From Psilocybe cubensis (Eukaryota): DNA of 64,000 nt. The stretch lies in assembly GCA_017499595.2 (NCBI GenBank), contig CM039002.1, forward strand, positions 3,162,001 to 3,226,000, read 5' to 3'. The notes under the pieces were generated by a model. That model did no database searches. It worked only from the letters and a program-made list of their open reading frames with translations, and was not told where the DNA came from. Below, one piece after another: positions 1 to 14,001 of the stretch. A program made the position numbers and the translations under genes. How positions within the stretch are numbered: the first letter of the stretch is position 1; every line of letters starts with the position of its first letter.

Positions 1-1641
1 GTGGAAACACCGCGCCTGCTTGTTTGACGGGTGTCAAGATCGCAGACCGCGAAGAAGACAACAGCTGGCCGGACGACGAAGAGGATGATCAAGGCGAAGC
101 GAAGGACACCATTGACATTGTGAAAGGGAGCTGCCCCTGCAATGGCGAGCTGGACGTTCCAAACAGCAGCAAATCCGACAGATTGTCGCAGGCCACACCG
201 GGCGATTCCAATTCTGTCAGCATCAAATCTCGCTCGTCGTCAAAGAGCCGACGGCGTTCATCTGTTGTCCCGTCTGGCGCGGCCATTTCAAATATGGGGA
301 CGGCGATGGCATCCGTGCTATCGGTCAATCCTGACACACCGCGCCACGCTTGCGCGAACACCATGCGGCACTTGCTCAACCAGCTAACTGAGATACATGA
401 TCAGAAACAAGCCGCGCAGCGCAAGGAGTGGGACGCGTTCGTGAAGCAGAGGAGCAAAGTCAAGCACCTCAAAGCCAATAACAACGCTGCGTTATCCTCA
501 TCTGTGGCTGCTGGTGCTGGAGCGGCTGCGGCGATTCTGGGGCTGGGTACAGCGATTGAAGAGGATGAACTGGTGCATAGTGAAGGGCTCATTGGATTCG
601 CGCAGTTGGGTTTGTCTTCGAACAAGGATGAAAGAAAAGAATTTGATCGGCTTGTACGGACCGGTATTCCGTTGGTGTATCGCTCCAAGGTCTGGATGGA
701 ATGTAGTGGTGCTTTGGAGATGAGAGAACCTGGCTTATTCCAGGACCTTCTTGCGGAAGCCGATGGCCCCGACAGCGTGGTGGGCGAGATTGAGAAGGAT
801 GTGGGGCGTACCATGCCGCTCAATATATTCTTTGGAGGGGATGGTGCAGGAGTTGATAAACTACGTCGAGTGCTGATTGCTTATAGTCGGTCTGTAATTT
901 TTTTTCTTTTTTCCGAGTGACATGAACTGACTGGTATTTATTTAGGCGGAATCCCTCCGTTGGATACTGTCAGGGCATGAATCTTATCACGTCAACCCTT
1001 CTGCTTGTTCATGCAGATGAAGAGGAGGCGTTTTGGATGCTGACCGCCATTGTTGAACGAATCCTGCCGGAAGACTTCTTTTCACCATCTCTCCTTCCGT
1101 CTCGGGCATGTCCTCTTGTACTACTTGACTATGTCCAAGAATACACCCCGAAACTACATGCTCATCTGAATGACCTTGGGGTCGATCTCGCAGCAATCTG
1201 TTTCTCATGGTTCCTTTCCCTCTTTACCGACTGCTTGCCTGTCGAGGTACGCTCTTCACTTCTAGTGCTACTTTATCTTACACATTTAACCTCCCTTTTA
1301 TTTAGACTTTGTTCAGAGTTTGGGATGTGTTCCTTGTAGACGGTCCGGATGTTCTCTTCCGCGTCGCACTTGGCATTCTGCGAAATAATGAGGGCGAGCT
1401 TCTTCGTTGCGAATCCATTCCTGCGGTATATGTTGCATTAGAAAATTTACCTACCAGGATGTGGGAAGCAGATAAACTTCTTCAGGTATCGAATGTCTTT
1501 TCTGCATTTTATATCTCCTTTTTTGTACTCAATCAATCGTGTTTTCAGTTGGAATATGACCTCCGACCGTCATTACTTCATGCACAGATCCTCAGTAAAC
1601 GAGAGGCACATGTGGCAGCACTGAAGAAGCTCATATCATAA
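1..1641 (+). CDS. Rab-GAP TBC-domain protein, 3' part (start outside window), spliced
   Basis: TBC motifs GIPLVYRSKVW, EIEKDVGRT, LRRVLIAYS|RRNPSVGYCQGMN, SWFLSLF, RVWDVFL. GT-AG intron 890-945 restores YSRRNPSVGYCQG; further introns near 1247 and 1487; TAA ends 1641. Confidence 0.9.
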
Positions 1642-2643
1642 AATGTCAGTGATCATGCTAAATTATCATTTTGTACGGTTAATCGCTATTGTTACGGTAT
1701 AATTGTAGTGATTGTGTAATTAAAATATAATAAGAGGTGGGACTTATATTCTCACCAGATGTATGTGATATCTGACCCGAGATAGCAGGAACTATCATCA
1801 GTTAGTGTTTAGGTCAAAATCTACTCAAGGTACCGAGGTAAACTAGCTGTCGCGCCTTGCGACAACTTCGTCCAAACTGGAACTCTAGCTCCGCGCATGA
1901 TTATCAAATTACATCACAGGTGACCGAAGTATCTCTGCCGCTATAGTCTTCTGAGCAAGTATCACACTTCGGTTGAGCTGGTCACAGAACCCTTGACCGT
2001 TTAGTTAAATCTTTTAATAAGGTGCGTTAGATTAGATTTGTGATTATTATAAGGATTACAAATGAGTATATTAGTGCCTATTTCGTGGAGGCGTACTGGC
2101 ACTCTTCGCTCACAATATGTATGTATTTTCGTTGGAGGCAAAAATATGCTGACCATATGACCAATCAATAGCGGTTCCCTTGCCTTGATACTCACATTAC
2201 CGAATCAAATGGCTAGGTTCTGGTAGCCAAATTACTATGGCACACATCATTGTCATGCCCTGAGAACAGACGACGTTTTGAATGATGTCCTTATCGATCA
2301 CAGCTTCGTTGTCAAACATGAACATCCTATACTTAGGTGCAGAACTCTGGTCCCCACGCAGCTGTTATCCCAAAAGCATTGTTAGTTTAATAGGGATGCA
2401 TACCTGGGTTGATGCTGTAGTTTATTTCTTGGGACTCAACTTCGGCGTGGCATCTCTAAACTTTCATCGGCACTTCAACCGACCTCTGACAACATCGTGT
2501 GTAAAATTATAGAGCACGGGCTTCCCGCCCTACGAAGATAGATTTCACCGGAGCCCCCCCATCAAAGGCACTGCTTTCCCATTGACAAAAAGCTTCTGTT
2601 GAAGAACGACCCAGTTGTCATTTACTTTCACTGACAACCAGAT

Positions 2644-4048
2644 ATGTCCTCCACGGTAGCTCGCAGTATGGCAATAGAAGACCACCTGTAATTGCCTTCC
2701 ACTTACATTGTTGATTCATACTGTTAACCTGACTAAACATGTAGACCGGCTACATTGGTAGAAACCAAGGCTCAGATTGACAACATCACCATGAACTGAC
2801 GGAGCTTTGCAGTTTGTATCACTGTTATTAAACTCAGGGGGGTTTGGTGTCTTGAGTAACCAGCTCTGTATGTATGGCTTGTTTGCTTTGGATGTATCGA
2901 GGATCTGATAACATTAGCAATATCATCAAGATTTCTACACCTCCACCTTTCAGCGTGAAAGTCCATACCTCAAAGCGATAGTCTATTCCGTGTATCTATT
3001 AGAGTTGACTCAAACAGCTCTCATCTCAAGGACTTCATTCCATACCTTTACCTATGGTTTCCTAGATACGGACGCAATAGACAACATCTATGACCATTGG
3101 TTTTCTATACCAGTGATTGGAGCATTAGGTATGGGGTCCTTATCCTCGTTATTTTATTTCCATCCCCAAGCATACATTCTAGTTGCTTGCATGGTCCAGA
3201 TGTTCTACGCCTATCGCATTTTCCGTCTCACTCGATGTTTCCGCCATAATCACAGGATCCTTATTTGCATTGTATCGTCCATAATTATCGTGAGTTTTAT
3301 TCAATTTATATATTACTTATCATGAGCAAACCATTGCTGTAGTTATCGCTGGCACAGTTGGTTGGTGGGATCGCTCTCGGTATTGAGATGGCCAAGTCGA
3401 AATTCTTTAGCAAGATTGTAACGAACGCCAGCAGGACATCTTCCATGGTAAGAATTCTATTTTTGGGCATTATTTCCATTGAACGCGAGTTAAACAGCTT
3501 TGGCTTGGGGGAGAGGTCGTATGTGACATATGCATTGCAGTCTGCATGTTCCATCTAGTGAGTCATCGCCTCAAAGCTAGAAATAGTAAATATTTAAATC
3601 GTACGACTTCAGCTACGTCGCGCTAAGGTTGAAAAGACGGGCAGCACACGGAATCATGCTCAACGTATCATTAAATTGACCGTTGAAACCGGCGGAATGA
3701 CGGGTCAGTCCAAAACTCCAAGTTCTCGATTCAAGACCATGTTAATGTACCTTGCTCATGCATACAGCTACCGTTGCTCTTCTCGATGTACTGTTGATCC
3801 TCATTCATCGGGGTGCCAAGTATGATTACCAGCCAACTACAGCTGCTGTCTCCAAACTATATTCGAATACCCTTTTGCTTTCGCTGAACAGCCGAGTCAA
3901 CCCATCGCCTCAACCTCTGTTGCTAGGTCCACGTAGCTACTCAACTCCAGTCAGCTTCTGTGAAACAAGCTGCCACCACACAACGACGGACAACCTCTTT
4001 GGAAGTCGTTCCGCTAACACCAACTCAACGCTTCAAAGCCGGAGGTAG
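2644..4048 (+). CDS. Multi-pass membrane protein, DUF6534-type (basidiomycete-expanded), multi-exon
   Basis: Spliced reading MSSTVARSMAIEDHLPATLFVSLLLNSGGFGVLSNQL..., hydrophobic helices, LTVETGGMT and SKLYSNTLLLSLNSR C-terminal signature. Family name from recall. Confidence 0.75.
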
Positions 4049-4071
4049 AGACTTTCAATTAATGTGGATGA

Positions 4072-4675
4072 CTAATGTGTATCCAAAGCACTAATTTCGC
4101 TCGGGATCTCCTCGCCCATTGTATTACATGTGTAGAGTGGTTTACCATAGTTTGGAATTCCACTAGTCCTGCTCTCTACAAATATCCTCCCGGTATCCCA
4201 TAAATCATGTGGAGAAACGGGAAGCTCTGGAATAACACCTTCTACTACCAGAAGCTAAGATTGCTGATCAGCATGATATCACCCGTACAATAAGAGTCAT
4301 CATCACCGTTAGGGCATCACAAACCCAATGGCGGCAACGCCATTTTTCTTCCTCTGCTTCTTCCTGACTTGGGACGCGCACTCTTCGCAGAATTTCCTCG
4401 ATGTCTTTTGGCCCGAATTTTGGTGGCACTTTTCCGAGAAGCATGCAACCAGCTCGTCTAGGGGTCCGACATGAGGCAGGTATGCACTCAAACTTCCAGA
4501 TGCCTCCGTCGGTAATCCGATTCACTGCGTGGTATATTGTGGCAGTTCTTTTATCATTCTTGGGATTCTTGGGAGTTAGAAATAGGCCGACATGATATTT
4601 TCCTGGATTTTCCAGCGTTGCTTGTCGCCACCAATAACCAAGGTAGAGGCGCATCTTGTTCCGTGAGGCCACCAT
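4072..4675 (-). CDS. Small conserved fungal protein (DUF6914-like; His/Cys motifs), one intron
   Basis: MRLYLGYW..YHVGL..TIYHA..WKFE..GCMLLGK..WRCRHWVCDAL; second exon LLVVEGVIPELP..WDTGR..CNTMGEEIPSEI ending TAG at 4074-4072. Aligns throughout with 8880-9523. Confidence 0.7.
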
Positions 4676-5706
4676 AATCCCCGTAGCCAGCTGGCACTTG
4701 CAGGAGTTTGTGTTGTCAAAGTATCGTACCTTTCTCTGTAAGACAGCGTAGATACTAGGAATATGCAGATAAAATTGCTTTTCAGGGTTGCTACAATCTA
4801 TCTGCGAATCCTTGTAACGAGATTGGTCGTGGTTATGGTGTCACCACTTTTCAGAAACCGGGCACGAAGTGGGTTTTTTTTTAAATCGCCGACTCAAATT
4901 GGACCAGCGCTACCCTCAGGCCTTCAGCGCTCAGCTTCAGGAACCACATTCTAATAAAATAACTTAATGTTCACTTTGGACAAAATTGAGTCCATATAAA
5001 CATCTCTGCCCAATGGCTCCACCAAATTAAGGAATTTATCGGGTCAAGGAAGAATCACTGTTCAAGGAACCGAACTCTACAGCCACCCTCAGAATTGTTC
5101 CGGCGGTGTGGCATCCTCTGACAATCACGATTGTATTCATTCGTATCAATTCTTACAGCCCATGGGAGGATCACGCAGCTTTTAACCAGACGACAATACG
5201 GTTGGCAGATGCTTGTCTCTTACATCTTCTGGTCAAAGGATTATGGATCTGTTATGATAGCGGTGGCAAGGCTGAACCCTCTGGAAATTTGGAAATTTGC
5301 GGTGCTGCAGTGATCGCCTATTGGATATCATGGTATGCATCATAAGTTAGAAAGATAGATTGGACACTGGCTGTTTGGCGATAAAAACTGATCGTACCAG
5401 GCCACACAAGTTTTATGAAATCTCTCTGCCACAGTGCAGTTGATAATGCTGCAACTTTTTTGCTACGAAAACCTGGACTTTAAGATAGCTATGTTACATG
5501 GAAGTGGTGAGATCTCTTTCAGAAACTGTCGAAATACAAAATTCCCAAAAGCCAGAAATTGATTGGTGCGGCAATGTCGGCACGCCGAGTGGAACGAACA
5601 TCACGTGAAAATCCGGCCACCAGAAACCGGGGGGACCGAGCGGAGTTTGAGAGGGAAATACGCACCCCGACGTTTACCGCGACCACCATCTATTTCATCG
5701 TCAAAC

Positions 5707-6462
5707 ATGATGTCGACAAGAGTTCTAGGACTTGGACCAGCGCTTAGGAAGGCTGCATTTCTTCCCAATGCTGGTGTGTTTTTTCGTTACGTTCATACTG
5801 CTTTGCGCAACTGATCCCAGTTCTGAAACAACAGCGCGTAGCCAAGTGATGCTTCGGAATGTCGTCGCGAAACGGTTAGTAGAGTAGAAGGTCTTTCAAA
5901 AGGGACCCGAGCTGATAACATTCATAGTTCTATTCAAATCCAATCCCTCACCCCCTCGGCTGGCCAGGAAATTCTCAATAAGCAGCGTGTTGTTCGCCCC
6001 AGCTCTCCCCATTTCACCATTTACCAGCCTCAGTTAACATGGGTTGCATCTATCTTCAATCGCGTCACTGGTGTTGCTCTTAGCGTTTGTGCGTAGCGAT
6101 GTTATTTTAATCGAAATCGCCATCCTGATTCCATGCAGTGTTGTACGGCTTCTCCATCGCATACCTTGTTGCGCCTGGTACATTCTCCAGCGAGAATGTC
6201 ATCCAAGTGGTCGCTGGCCTTCCAGAAGGCGTAAAATATGCTGGAAAGGCTGTTCTTGCTGCTCCATTTGCATTCCACTCTCTCAATGGAATTCGCCACT
6301 TAAGCTGGGATTCGATCAAATGTGCGTCTCTGTTTGTGATTCGCTAATGGATGAATGTCTGACAGCCTTCCAGTCCTCAGCCTCAAGGGCGCATATGTGT
6401 CGGGTTACATCGTGCTGGGGGCAAGTGCTATATCAACTGTTGCCCTGACGTTGATGAAATAG
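5707..6462 (+). CDS. SDH3: Succinate dehydrogenase cytochrome b560 subunit, spliced
   Basis: Mitochondrial-type presequence MMSTRVLGLGPALRK; LNKQRVVRPSSPHFTIYQPQLTWVASIFNRVTG and FHSLNGIRHLSWD signatures; TAG 6460-6462. Confidence 0.92.
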
Positions 6463-6533
6463 ATCTCAGTTGTATTCCACCTTCTAATACCAAGATTTCT
6501 TTGTGGTCCTATTGTAAGCCTATAAAGCTCTGA

Positions 6534-7940
6534 TCACTGACGTATGACCGCGCTAGAATATTCTATACACGTTCCTCCCCAAGAATCCTTAAGCACAATC
6601 AGTTCCATGGACCATCCCAGCTTCTCCAAAACCTTTTGCACATCGATTGCTCGCCGTGTGTAACAACTAATCTTCGGTACTCCAGGTGCAGACAACACTT
6701 TCTCCACAAGCCATTGAGCCATGTTATGATCTACGATGGATAATTTTTGGATGTTCCACTGCTCTTCAGCACTTTGAGCTGACCTCCTCAAGAAGTCCTT
6801 CAACAACTCCCAGCTTTGTTTTCTCGTATCAAAGCATTGTATCTCGAGGTGGGTCAACGCAGGGAGAATGAAAAATTGGAGAATGGGTATGCAATCGCCT
6901 ACGACCCCGCCCATGCCGACACTCAATCTCCGCAGGTTTGGAAGCATACGACGCTGCGGTGGTGGAAGGGTGCCCAAGCCACCTGACATGAGCTCTCGAT
7001 ATACAGCTTCCAGTTGGAGTTCATGTTCTTTATATGCCACACAGTCCGTTGTGATACACGCTAGAGCGATGTTTTCTGCCCTGAGGCAACTTCTCAAAAA
7101 CTCGATACCCTGATCCATAGTCAGACCCATATTAAGATGTATCTCTCTCAGACTTCCCCACAGGCTATGGGTGGTCATACTCTCCACTGGAATACATTCC
7201 CATGTCAACCTTTGCAGCGTGAAGGTAGGCGACTCCATCACCGTTTGGAGATAGTCCAGGATTTTTGTGGGAAGCTCCTGTGCGTCACGGACGACGACCG
7301 TGATTGACAGATTCTCCAGCATTGACGCATTTGTCAGCGGAAGCTCAAGGAAATCGAATACTGTCTGCCTGTCCAACTCAATGTCTATGCGCTTCCAGTA
7401 GCAAATATTCGACGCGAGGATGGTCCAAGGTCGTAGATCAGTGGAACTGCGACGGCGAGAATTGGGCGTCAATGAATGAACGGCCTGAATGCGGAGGTTT
7501 AGGCCTGACGATGGTCTTGCCCTGTCGAGCCACAGGAGAAGAATTTCCTGACGTGTATTATTCTTCACGTAAATATTCGACCATATCTTGGGCAGGGAAA
7601 GGGCAAGTTCTCTCCAGCGTTTGTTTACTTAGCTCAGGACAAGAGGTGTGGCACTTGGGTAAATGGATACAAACGGCGATAAGGGATGGTAGCTTGAAGC
7701 CACACACTGGATGAATATCGATGCAAGAATTATTTCTGGAAGTGTCCCGGTATAATCAACGCCGCGCTCTATTAATCGATGGGAGATGAATAATGTTTTC
7801 AGGACATCGACGTGCTGAAGGTCTGCAGGGAACGTACCAACACCATCTCCTACCATACTGTCGTCGTTATGTGCGGTATTGAAAGGAAAGCATAAAAGAT
7901 TCCAGAACATCCTAAAAAATTGGGCAATGAGAATGGCCAT
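6534..7940 (-). pseudogene. F-box / LRR-like protein gene with a single in-frame TAA
   Basis: ORFs 7629-7940 and 6534-7568 are in one frame: LPEIILASIF...PLVLS*VNKRWRELALSLPKIW; C-terminal LPNLRRL/LPALTHLEI repeats. Confidence 0.75.
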
Positions 7941-8879
7941 CTGCAGTTGTCTCGACTGGTTGAAGCAAGGGAAACAATGACAACGACCAAAAGGAAAGAA
8001 AAGTCAGTAATCAGTCTTCTGATATACAGGCTTATCTTTATTTAATACTGTCTTTTGGTTGCATCATGATCACTGTTGTTTCCAAGAAACAAGCTTAGAA
8101 TGTCAGCCTTATATGCTACTCTTATGCATAAACGCCCGGCAGGTTGTCCAACGGCGGGCGTGATGTGGCATACTTGTGGGAAACTGCCAGCGAACTGCCG
8201 TAGATTATCAGACTCGAACCCGTTCTCCGCAGGTAAAATAGCTGGCGCCCTCTTGATGAGATCATTAACCTGGAAATATTAGGAGGGAGGACGCCAGCTA
8301 TTTCACTTAGGGAGGGTTTAACCGTGAGCGAGTACCAAGATACCAAGCCCGACACAACACACTGTCTCAACAATCCTGCATCTCAGTGAGCAGGGCCCGT
8401 GGCAGGATCGGCTTTGTGTTTTCACGGCACGCCACTATGTTCTTAATTTTTATTGATGTTTCTTGGTCATTAGGTGCAAAATGTAAGTGCCATTAAGTTA
8501 TATCGAGGTTCCGTGCTTACAACGGCCAATCAGTTCTTGGAAGCCCGATTAGGACACAAGCTGCCCTTATTTGGATTCTGTTCCGAAAGTGGACCCGACC
8601 CGGTCAAGTCACAATGAAAATCCCAGTGCGGCATACCTTCAAGGGAACTCGAAGAATGAAAGGCCACAAAAAATACGTGCCACTACCTGTATTGCGGAAG
8701 AGCATGTTGAATCCCTGTGAAGACAATGAATGACGTTCAAAAAAGGAAGTATTGAGCATCTCAGTCATATAAGAAAACGCCGTCTTAAGCAACAATCCGT
8801 CCCCCGTAGGGTTTCTACACACTAACTTTGGACATCACAGACCTTTCAAGTCGCTATAGAATTCACCTTTTGGAATCCA

Positions 8880-9523
8880 TGATGTCTTCAGTTGCGGGGA
8901 TGCGGCTTTATCTTGCTTACTGGAGAAGACTTCCAAATTCCAATACGAGTTTAAAGGCCACACCCACCCCAAGTTATCATGTCGGACTATTGCTTTGTCC
9001 GAAAAATCCATCCAATAATGACGACAGGGCAGCCACGGTATTTCATGCAACTAACAAGGTCACCGCCGAATCGGGAGGTGTAGAATCCTGGACCTTTGAG
9101 GCAGGGAGATCTTTTCCCCGCACTCAAAATCTTGCAGGATGTATGCTACTTGGGACCCTTTCATCCGATGTCAGTGAGACGGCAATAAGGAGAATTCTTA
9201 GCGGCGTTAATATTCCGGGACTGAAGGAAGCAGAGAGGCGTGGGTGGCGGTGTAACCACTGGATATTAGATGCTCTGAAGGTGCGTCTATCGAACCTCGG
9301 ACTGAGGGTTTTCTTTATATCTAATCTCTGTCTACGTTCGATAAAGACTTTAGAACGAAATCGAATTATTCCACACCTTCCGGGAAGTCCCGAGAATATT
9401 TGGAAGACGGGAAGAGACTTTGTTCATCAAATGACTGATGGAGGACAATTGTATCACCGTCACCCTATTTGCGTCTGTAATGCGTATGGCCAAAGTATTG
9501 AGAGTGAAATAGGTCCTATATGA
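8880..9523 (+). CDS. Paralog of 4072-4675 (DUF6914-like His/Cys protein), one intron
   Basis: MRLYLAYW..YHVGL..TVFHA..WTFE..GCMLLG..WRCNHWILDAL|TLERNRIIPHLP..WKTGR..CNAYGQSIESEI; intron after DALK at the same position as in the paralog. Confidence 0.7.
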
Positions 9524-9882
9524 TACACTCCCGGCTTTTACAGCTTCATCTTTTGACTTAAATTTTAGATTAGATACCTGAGAACCATAACTGGTTTTCG
9601 TCAATATGCAGAACCTTCAAACAGTCCATGGTCCTTACGGGTTGCGGCTTGACCGCCAGACTATTAATACATGTGGATACTTTATGTCATGAGGATCTCG
9701 TTGATGGATTTGGACAGTGAGGGTCCTTGAACTAAAATAGACCAGCGGCAGAGAGCCATAAAGTCACGCAGGCCACCTAAGTTGACATTCGGAGTCAACC
9801 TTGACGTCTTTTGACGTTGACTAGGGTTTGCTTTCCCGCCATAGTCCCTCAATCCTCTTTGAATCACCATCTGGCACGTTCT

Positions 9883-11337
9883 ATGCAAATTCTCCTGGAT
9901 GTTTCTCAGTCTATTTCTGTGGAAGAAAAGTGAGTACAATCAACTGGAACCCTCAGTAAAATTCCAGGCTGGCGTGGCCGCTCACAGTTGTATTCAGTGC
10001 ACGGACATTGGTAATGCATTGTGCGTTGTCACTGCAAGTCCGCAAGACTGATGGGCTGGAAAGCTGTTAGGGATGCTTTTCAATGCAGCGGGACTTGGCG
10101 TACTCTCTGTTCAGCTTTGTAAGAGCCTGTTTCCCAACCGCTTGTGATTTGAAACGATATATTTTCACATTTACAGGCATTTACTATCTTTCATTCCCAC
10201 AAGATTCCGTTCGATTTAAAACGCTTGTTTACACCGTTTATATGGCGGAACTGGCTCAGACAGTGCTCTTATGCAATTCTTTGTTCCGTTCATTCGTATA
10301 TGGGTTCTTTGAGCACAGTATTCTAGATCGAATCGGAGACCTTTGGTTTTCCATCCCAGTATTGGGAGGCATAGGTCAGTCTACATCTATCAGAGATCCA
10401 TGGAATGCATAACCAGTTACAAACTCTTCTCTATTTAGTTTCCTTTCTGGTCCAAGTATTTTATGCTTATAGAATCGTTGCGTTGGGAAGTATACGGCGG
10501 AATGCAGGGGTCAAAATTGTGGCAACAATTGTAACCATGGTCAGTGTTTAACTCAAATGATAAATCAACCTATACTCAGTCATGATTATTGCACTTCAGT
10601 TTGCAATCATTCAACTGGGAGGAGGTTTGGCCCTTGGCATACTTCTGAAGGAAGCTGTCACCTTTAGCCGCATTAAGAACACCAAAGTCCGAGTTTCCGC
10701 AGCGGTGATTTCTGTTTTTTTGGGCAAGGGGATTCATACTAATTCATACATACCTTTTAAATAGGCATGGTACGCAGGGGAAGCAATTGGCGATATCCTG
10801 ATTGCAATTTTTATGACTCTTATTGTAGGTATAGTTATCCCAGCGCTAACGACTTAATGCTACTCATTCCTGTCTCTGGAACACAAGCTTCTTCGAACAG
10901 GTAGTGAAGGCACCAAGAGTACCAGAAAGCTTACTCGAAAACTCATACGATTGACGATTGAGACTGGGACGTTGACCGGTATGCTTCCCTTGACAGTGAG
11001 ATATATATGTGGCATTCTCACCATCAGGCCGACAGCAACAATGGCAATAGTCACCATCATTCTCGTCATGTTTGGCGGCTCGTACTACCAAGTGACCGCT
11101 GGCGTCGTTTCTAAATTATACTCCAACACCTTGCTCGCTTCATTGAACGGAAGAACAGAGGCGGCAATAGGATTGCAGGATGATTGCTATGATGCAGGTC
11201 CTAATAGCATGTCCATATCTTTCGAACTTCCGACGATTTATCAATCGGCCGTCGGAAATGGAATTGACATGGACTGCGATGACAATAGAGCTCCAACGCG
11301 GAGTGCAGCACCGAAACTTAAAAGAAAAGTAAAATAG
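9883..11337 (+). CDS. Second DUF6534-type multi-pass membrane protein (start approximate)
   Basis: FKTLVYTVYMAELAQT, WFSIPVLGG, VQVFYAYRI, LTIETGTLT, SKLYSNTLLASLNGR; homologous to 2644-4048. Confidence 0.75.
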
Positions 11338-11648
11338 AGTTAAAATAACACATGTCAGCAAAACTAAAAAGACTAGAAAATTTTTTATGAGGAGAGCACC
11401 TGAGTGGGTTTCATTGACGCCGTTGTCACGTTTAGAATTCAAGCGTCATTGTCCGGTGTTGCTGCTGCAGGAACAAATTGCGAACACCTTCGTGAATCTG
11501 GGTTTGAAAGTCGAAATTGATTCCGGCCTGTTGCGGCAACAAGTTGCCCAACAAACCACCTTATCATTTGTTCAACTTCCTCAGACCTGAAGTTTAACTG
11601 GCAGTCCGAATGTCGGTCAAGCACAGAGAGAGAGTCATAACAAGTCGT

Positions 11649-13653
11649 CTATTCTGGTCGGCGATGATAATAGTACAGCCACCATACTCCACCTACTAGG
11701 AATATACACCATCCTCCAGCACCATGCAGCCAGTACGGCAGCTTTTCGTAGGGCTCGACGCCCGGCGGCGGCTTCGTCAGAGGTACTACGAACAAGAAGA
11801 CATTGGCGATGCCGAAGAGAAGGGTGGGTAAAATCAGGCTGGGTGTAGGCTTAAATACAATGGTCGATTTGGTCGTATGATCGTCAGTGTCGTGATGTTG
11901 TTTGTCTATGGTTACAGTGCGTCGTAGTGAAAGGTATAAAAGTCCGAAGGATATAATCGTGTTGATAACGGAAAGGGGGTATGAACACTGGAAAAGCAAC
12001 GTTGAGGCGGTCAAAACATGAAAAATCAAGTCAAACTTACAAGATTGAGAACAAAATTGTACGCGTCTCCAGGAGGCATATTGAAAATAACAAGGTTACA
12101 GACAGCCCAGTCTATCCAGGAAAACAAATAAATATCTCGAGGTGGGAATAATATTTCTGCACTCACGTAGACTCAGGCCGGCCAAGGGAGCTTTCGCTGG
12201 CCAGCTTGACGCCCAGAACTTGCTAAATGGAAGGATCCCTTCAGCACCAAGGGTCTGATTTACGCGGCCCTGCGAGAAAGACTGCAAATAACAACGTCAG
12301 CATATGTATCCATACAACCAACCAGATGATACAAACCACTGAAAGAACATTTCCCAATGCAGACATCGCAATGAAGATGTTCAAGATTCTCTCAGTGCTA
12401 GGTCCCCAGACGTTGCGAAAGAGAAGGGCAGCCACAAGTCTGCCAGAGCCTGTGATCTCCTCCTTGCTGGCCGCCGCAAAATAAGCAATGTTGCAAAAGA
12501 GGTAAAATACAGTCACAGTGACGATGGCGAGAGGGCCAGCAATACGAAGAGTTCGTGCGGGATCACGCATCTCTGCCAAAGCATAATTGGCGTTGCTGAA
12601 TCCAATATAAGACCATATTACCTGTTCGCCGTCAAATGAACATACACATCAAGTCATGAAAATGACGAAGACGTACGTTATACAAGCATGCACAGAGGAC
12701 GTTTCGGCCGCCCCTCGAGCCTTCCCATATCTTTGCCCAACTATCAAAGTTCCCAGGCCGTACTACTCCTTCCTGCAGGTTGCCTCCCAGAGCAAAACAG
12801 CCCGCCATGACGACGACGAGTAGAATGCCAATTTTAAAGAATCCCAGGAGATTTTGTAGTCGAAGGCCGGAGGGAATATGAAGACCGTGCAGGAGCAAGA
12901 CGCCTGTAAGGCATAGGAATGCGACCACTCTGACTGGCGAGAACACGGATGTGGATGCGGGGGCCGCTGGGGAGATCGATGCGACTGCATACTCCGCGAA
13001 GACTAGACAATTTCCTGCTGCGTAGGCTTTACCATGCGTAAATATAATATCGTTTGGCATATGGCGGCGGCGCTCACCAAGCAGAACCGCGTTGGCAGCA
13101 TAAATCGACGTGATCAATCGCCTGGGCTTCGGAAACAAGTGTTCCAGATAGTTCTTTTCCCCGCCATTTTGGGGTAGAGCCTGTATTCGTGCGTTAGCTT
13201 TGATCCCCAAAGCAGATATACCGAGTCGTACAGTTCCCCAGATGATGTACACTTGCATACCCGCCGCTGCAATGACCGCTCCTATAATCCACATAACCCT
13301 GTGGTGACTGTGAGCTTCATCGATAACCGTAGACATTCAAACCTACAATGAGAGACCAACACTTCCACTGAAGCCCAATATTGTACTGGGAGTTGCAAAT
13401 ATTCTGTTCATCTTTCAGAAATAACGCTCCGTGTATCGTACGAACGGACTCACCCAGTGCCAATGATCCTGTTGAAGATAATGAATACAGCAGAAACAAC
13501 TCCAATCTGTCTTTTCGGATGGTTCTCCGCCCTCGACTGAACCGACTCATCTGCTAGTGAGCCATATCCCTCCGTCTCCGAGTCTCTCAAAAGTGGCCAT
13601 GAAGTATCCGAGCTGCTGCGAGGGTAGGAATTCGGGGATTGGCTCCGTGGCAT
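11649..13653 (-). CDS. APC-family amino-acid permease (MUP1-like methionine permease type), spliced
   Basis: KRQIGVVSAVFIIFNRIIGTG, LPQNGGEKNYLE, WSYIGFSNANYALAEMRDP, SALGNVLSV, QGRVNQ motifs; many TM segments. Confidence 0.85.
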
Positions 13654-14001
13654 TCAGGATGTGTTGGCAATCCACCGAATGAACTCGCAGGGAACGCAGT
13701 AGCTCTTGACAAGAAGCAATCGATGAATCATCCCAGGAATTCGGTTCAGCAAACATCGTGGACGACATGGTTGCGACGATTTACACGTAAATGGCGTCTT
13801 GATCACGCCGCCGCCGGAGCTGGGAATATGAACTTTCTGTTTTGATCCGAGATATTTGACTTCATTGATGGCTAAGCAACTGCTCGCACTGCTTGCCCGT
13901 GGGCTTAATGATACCTGAGAGGAGTAATTGAGTAGGAGGGATAGATATTAACGAAAAACAGTGTCGATTACTGGTGATATAGATGCCTACCTCAATGTAC
14001 C

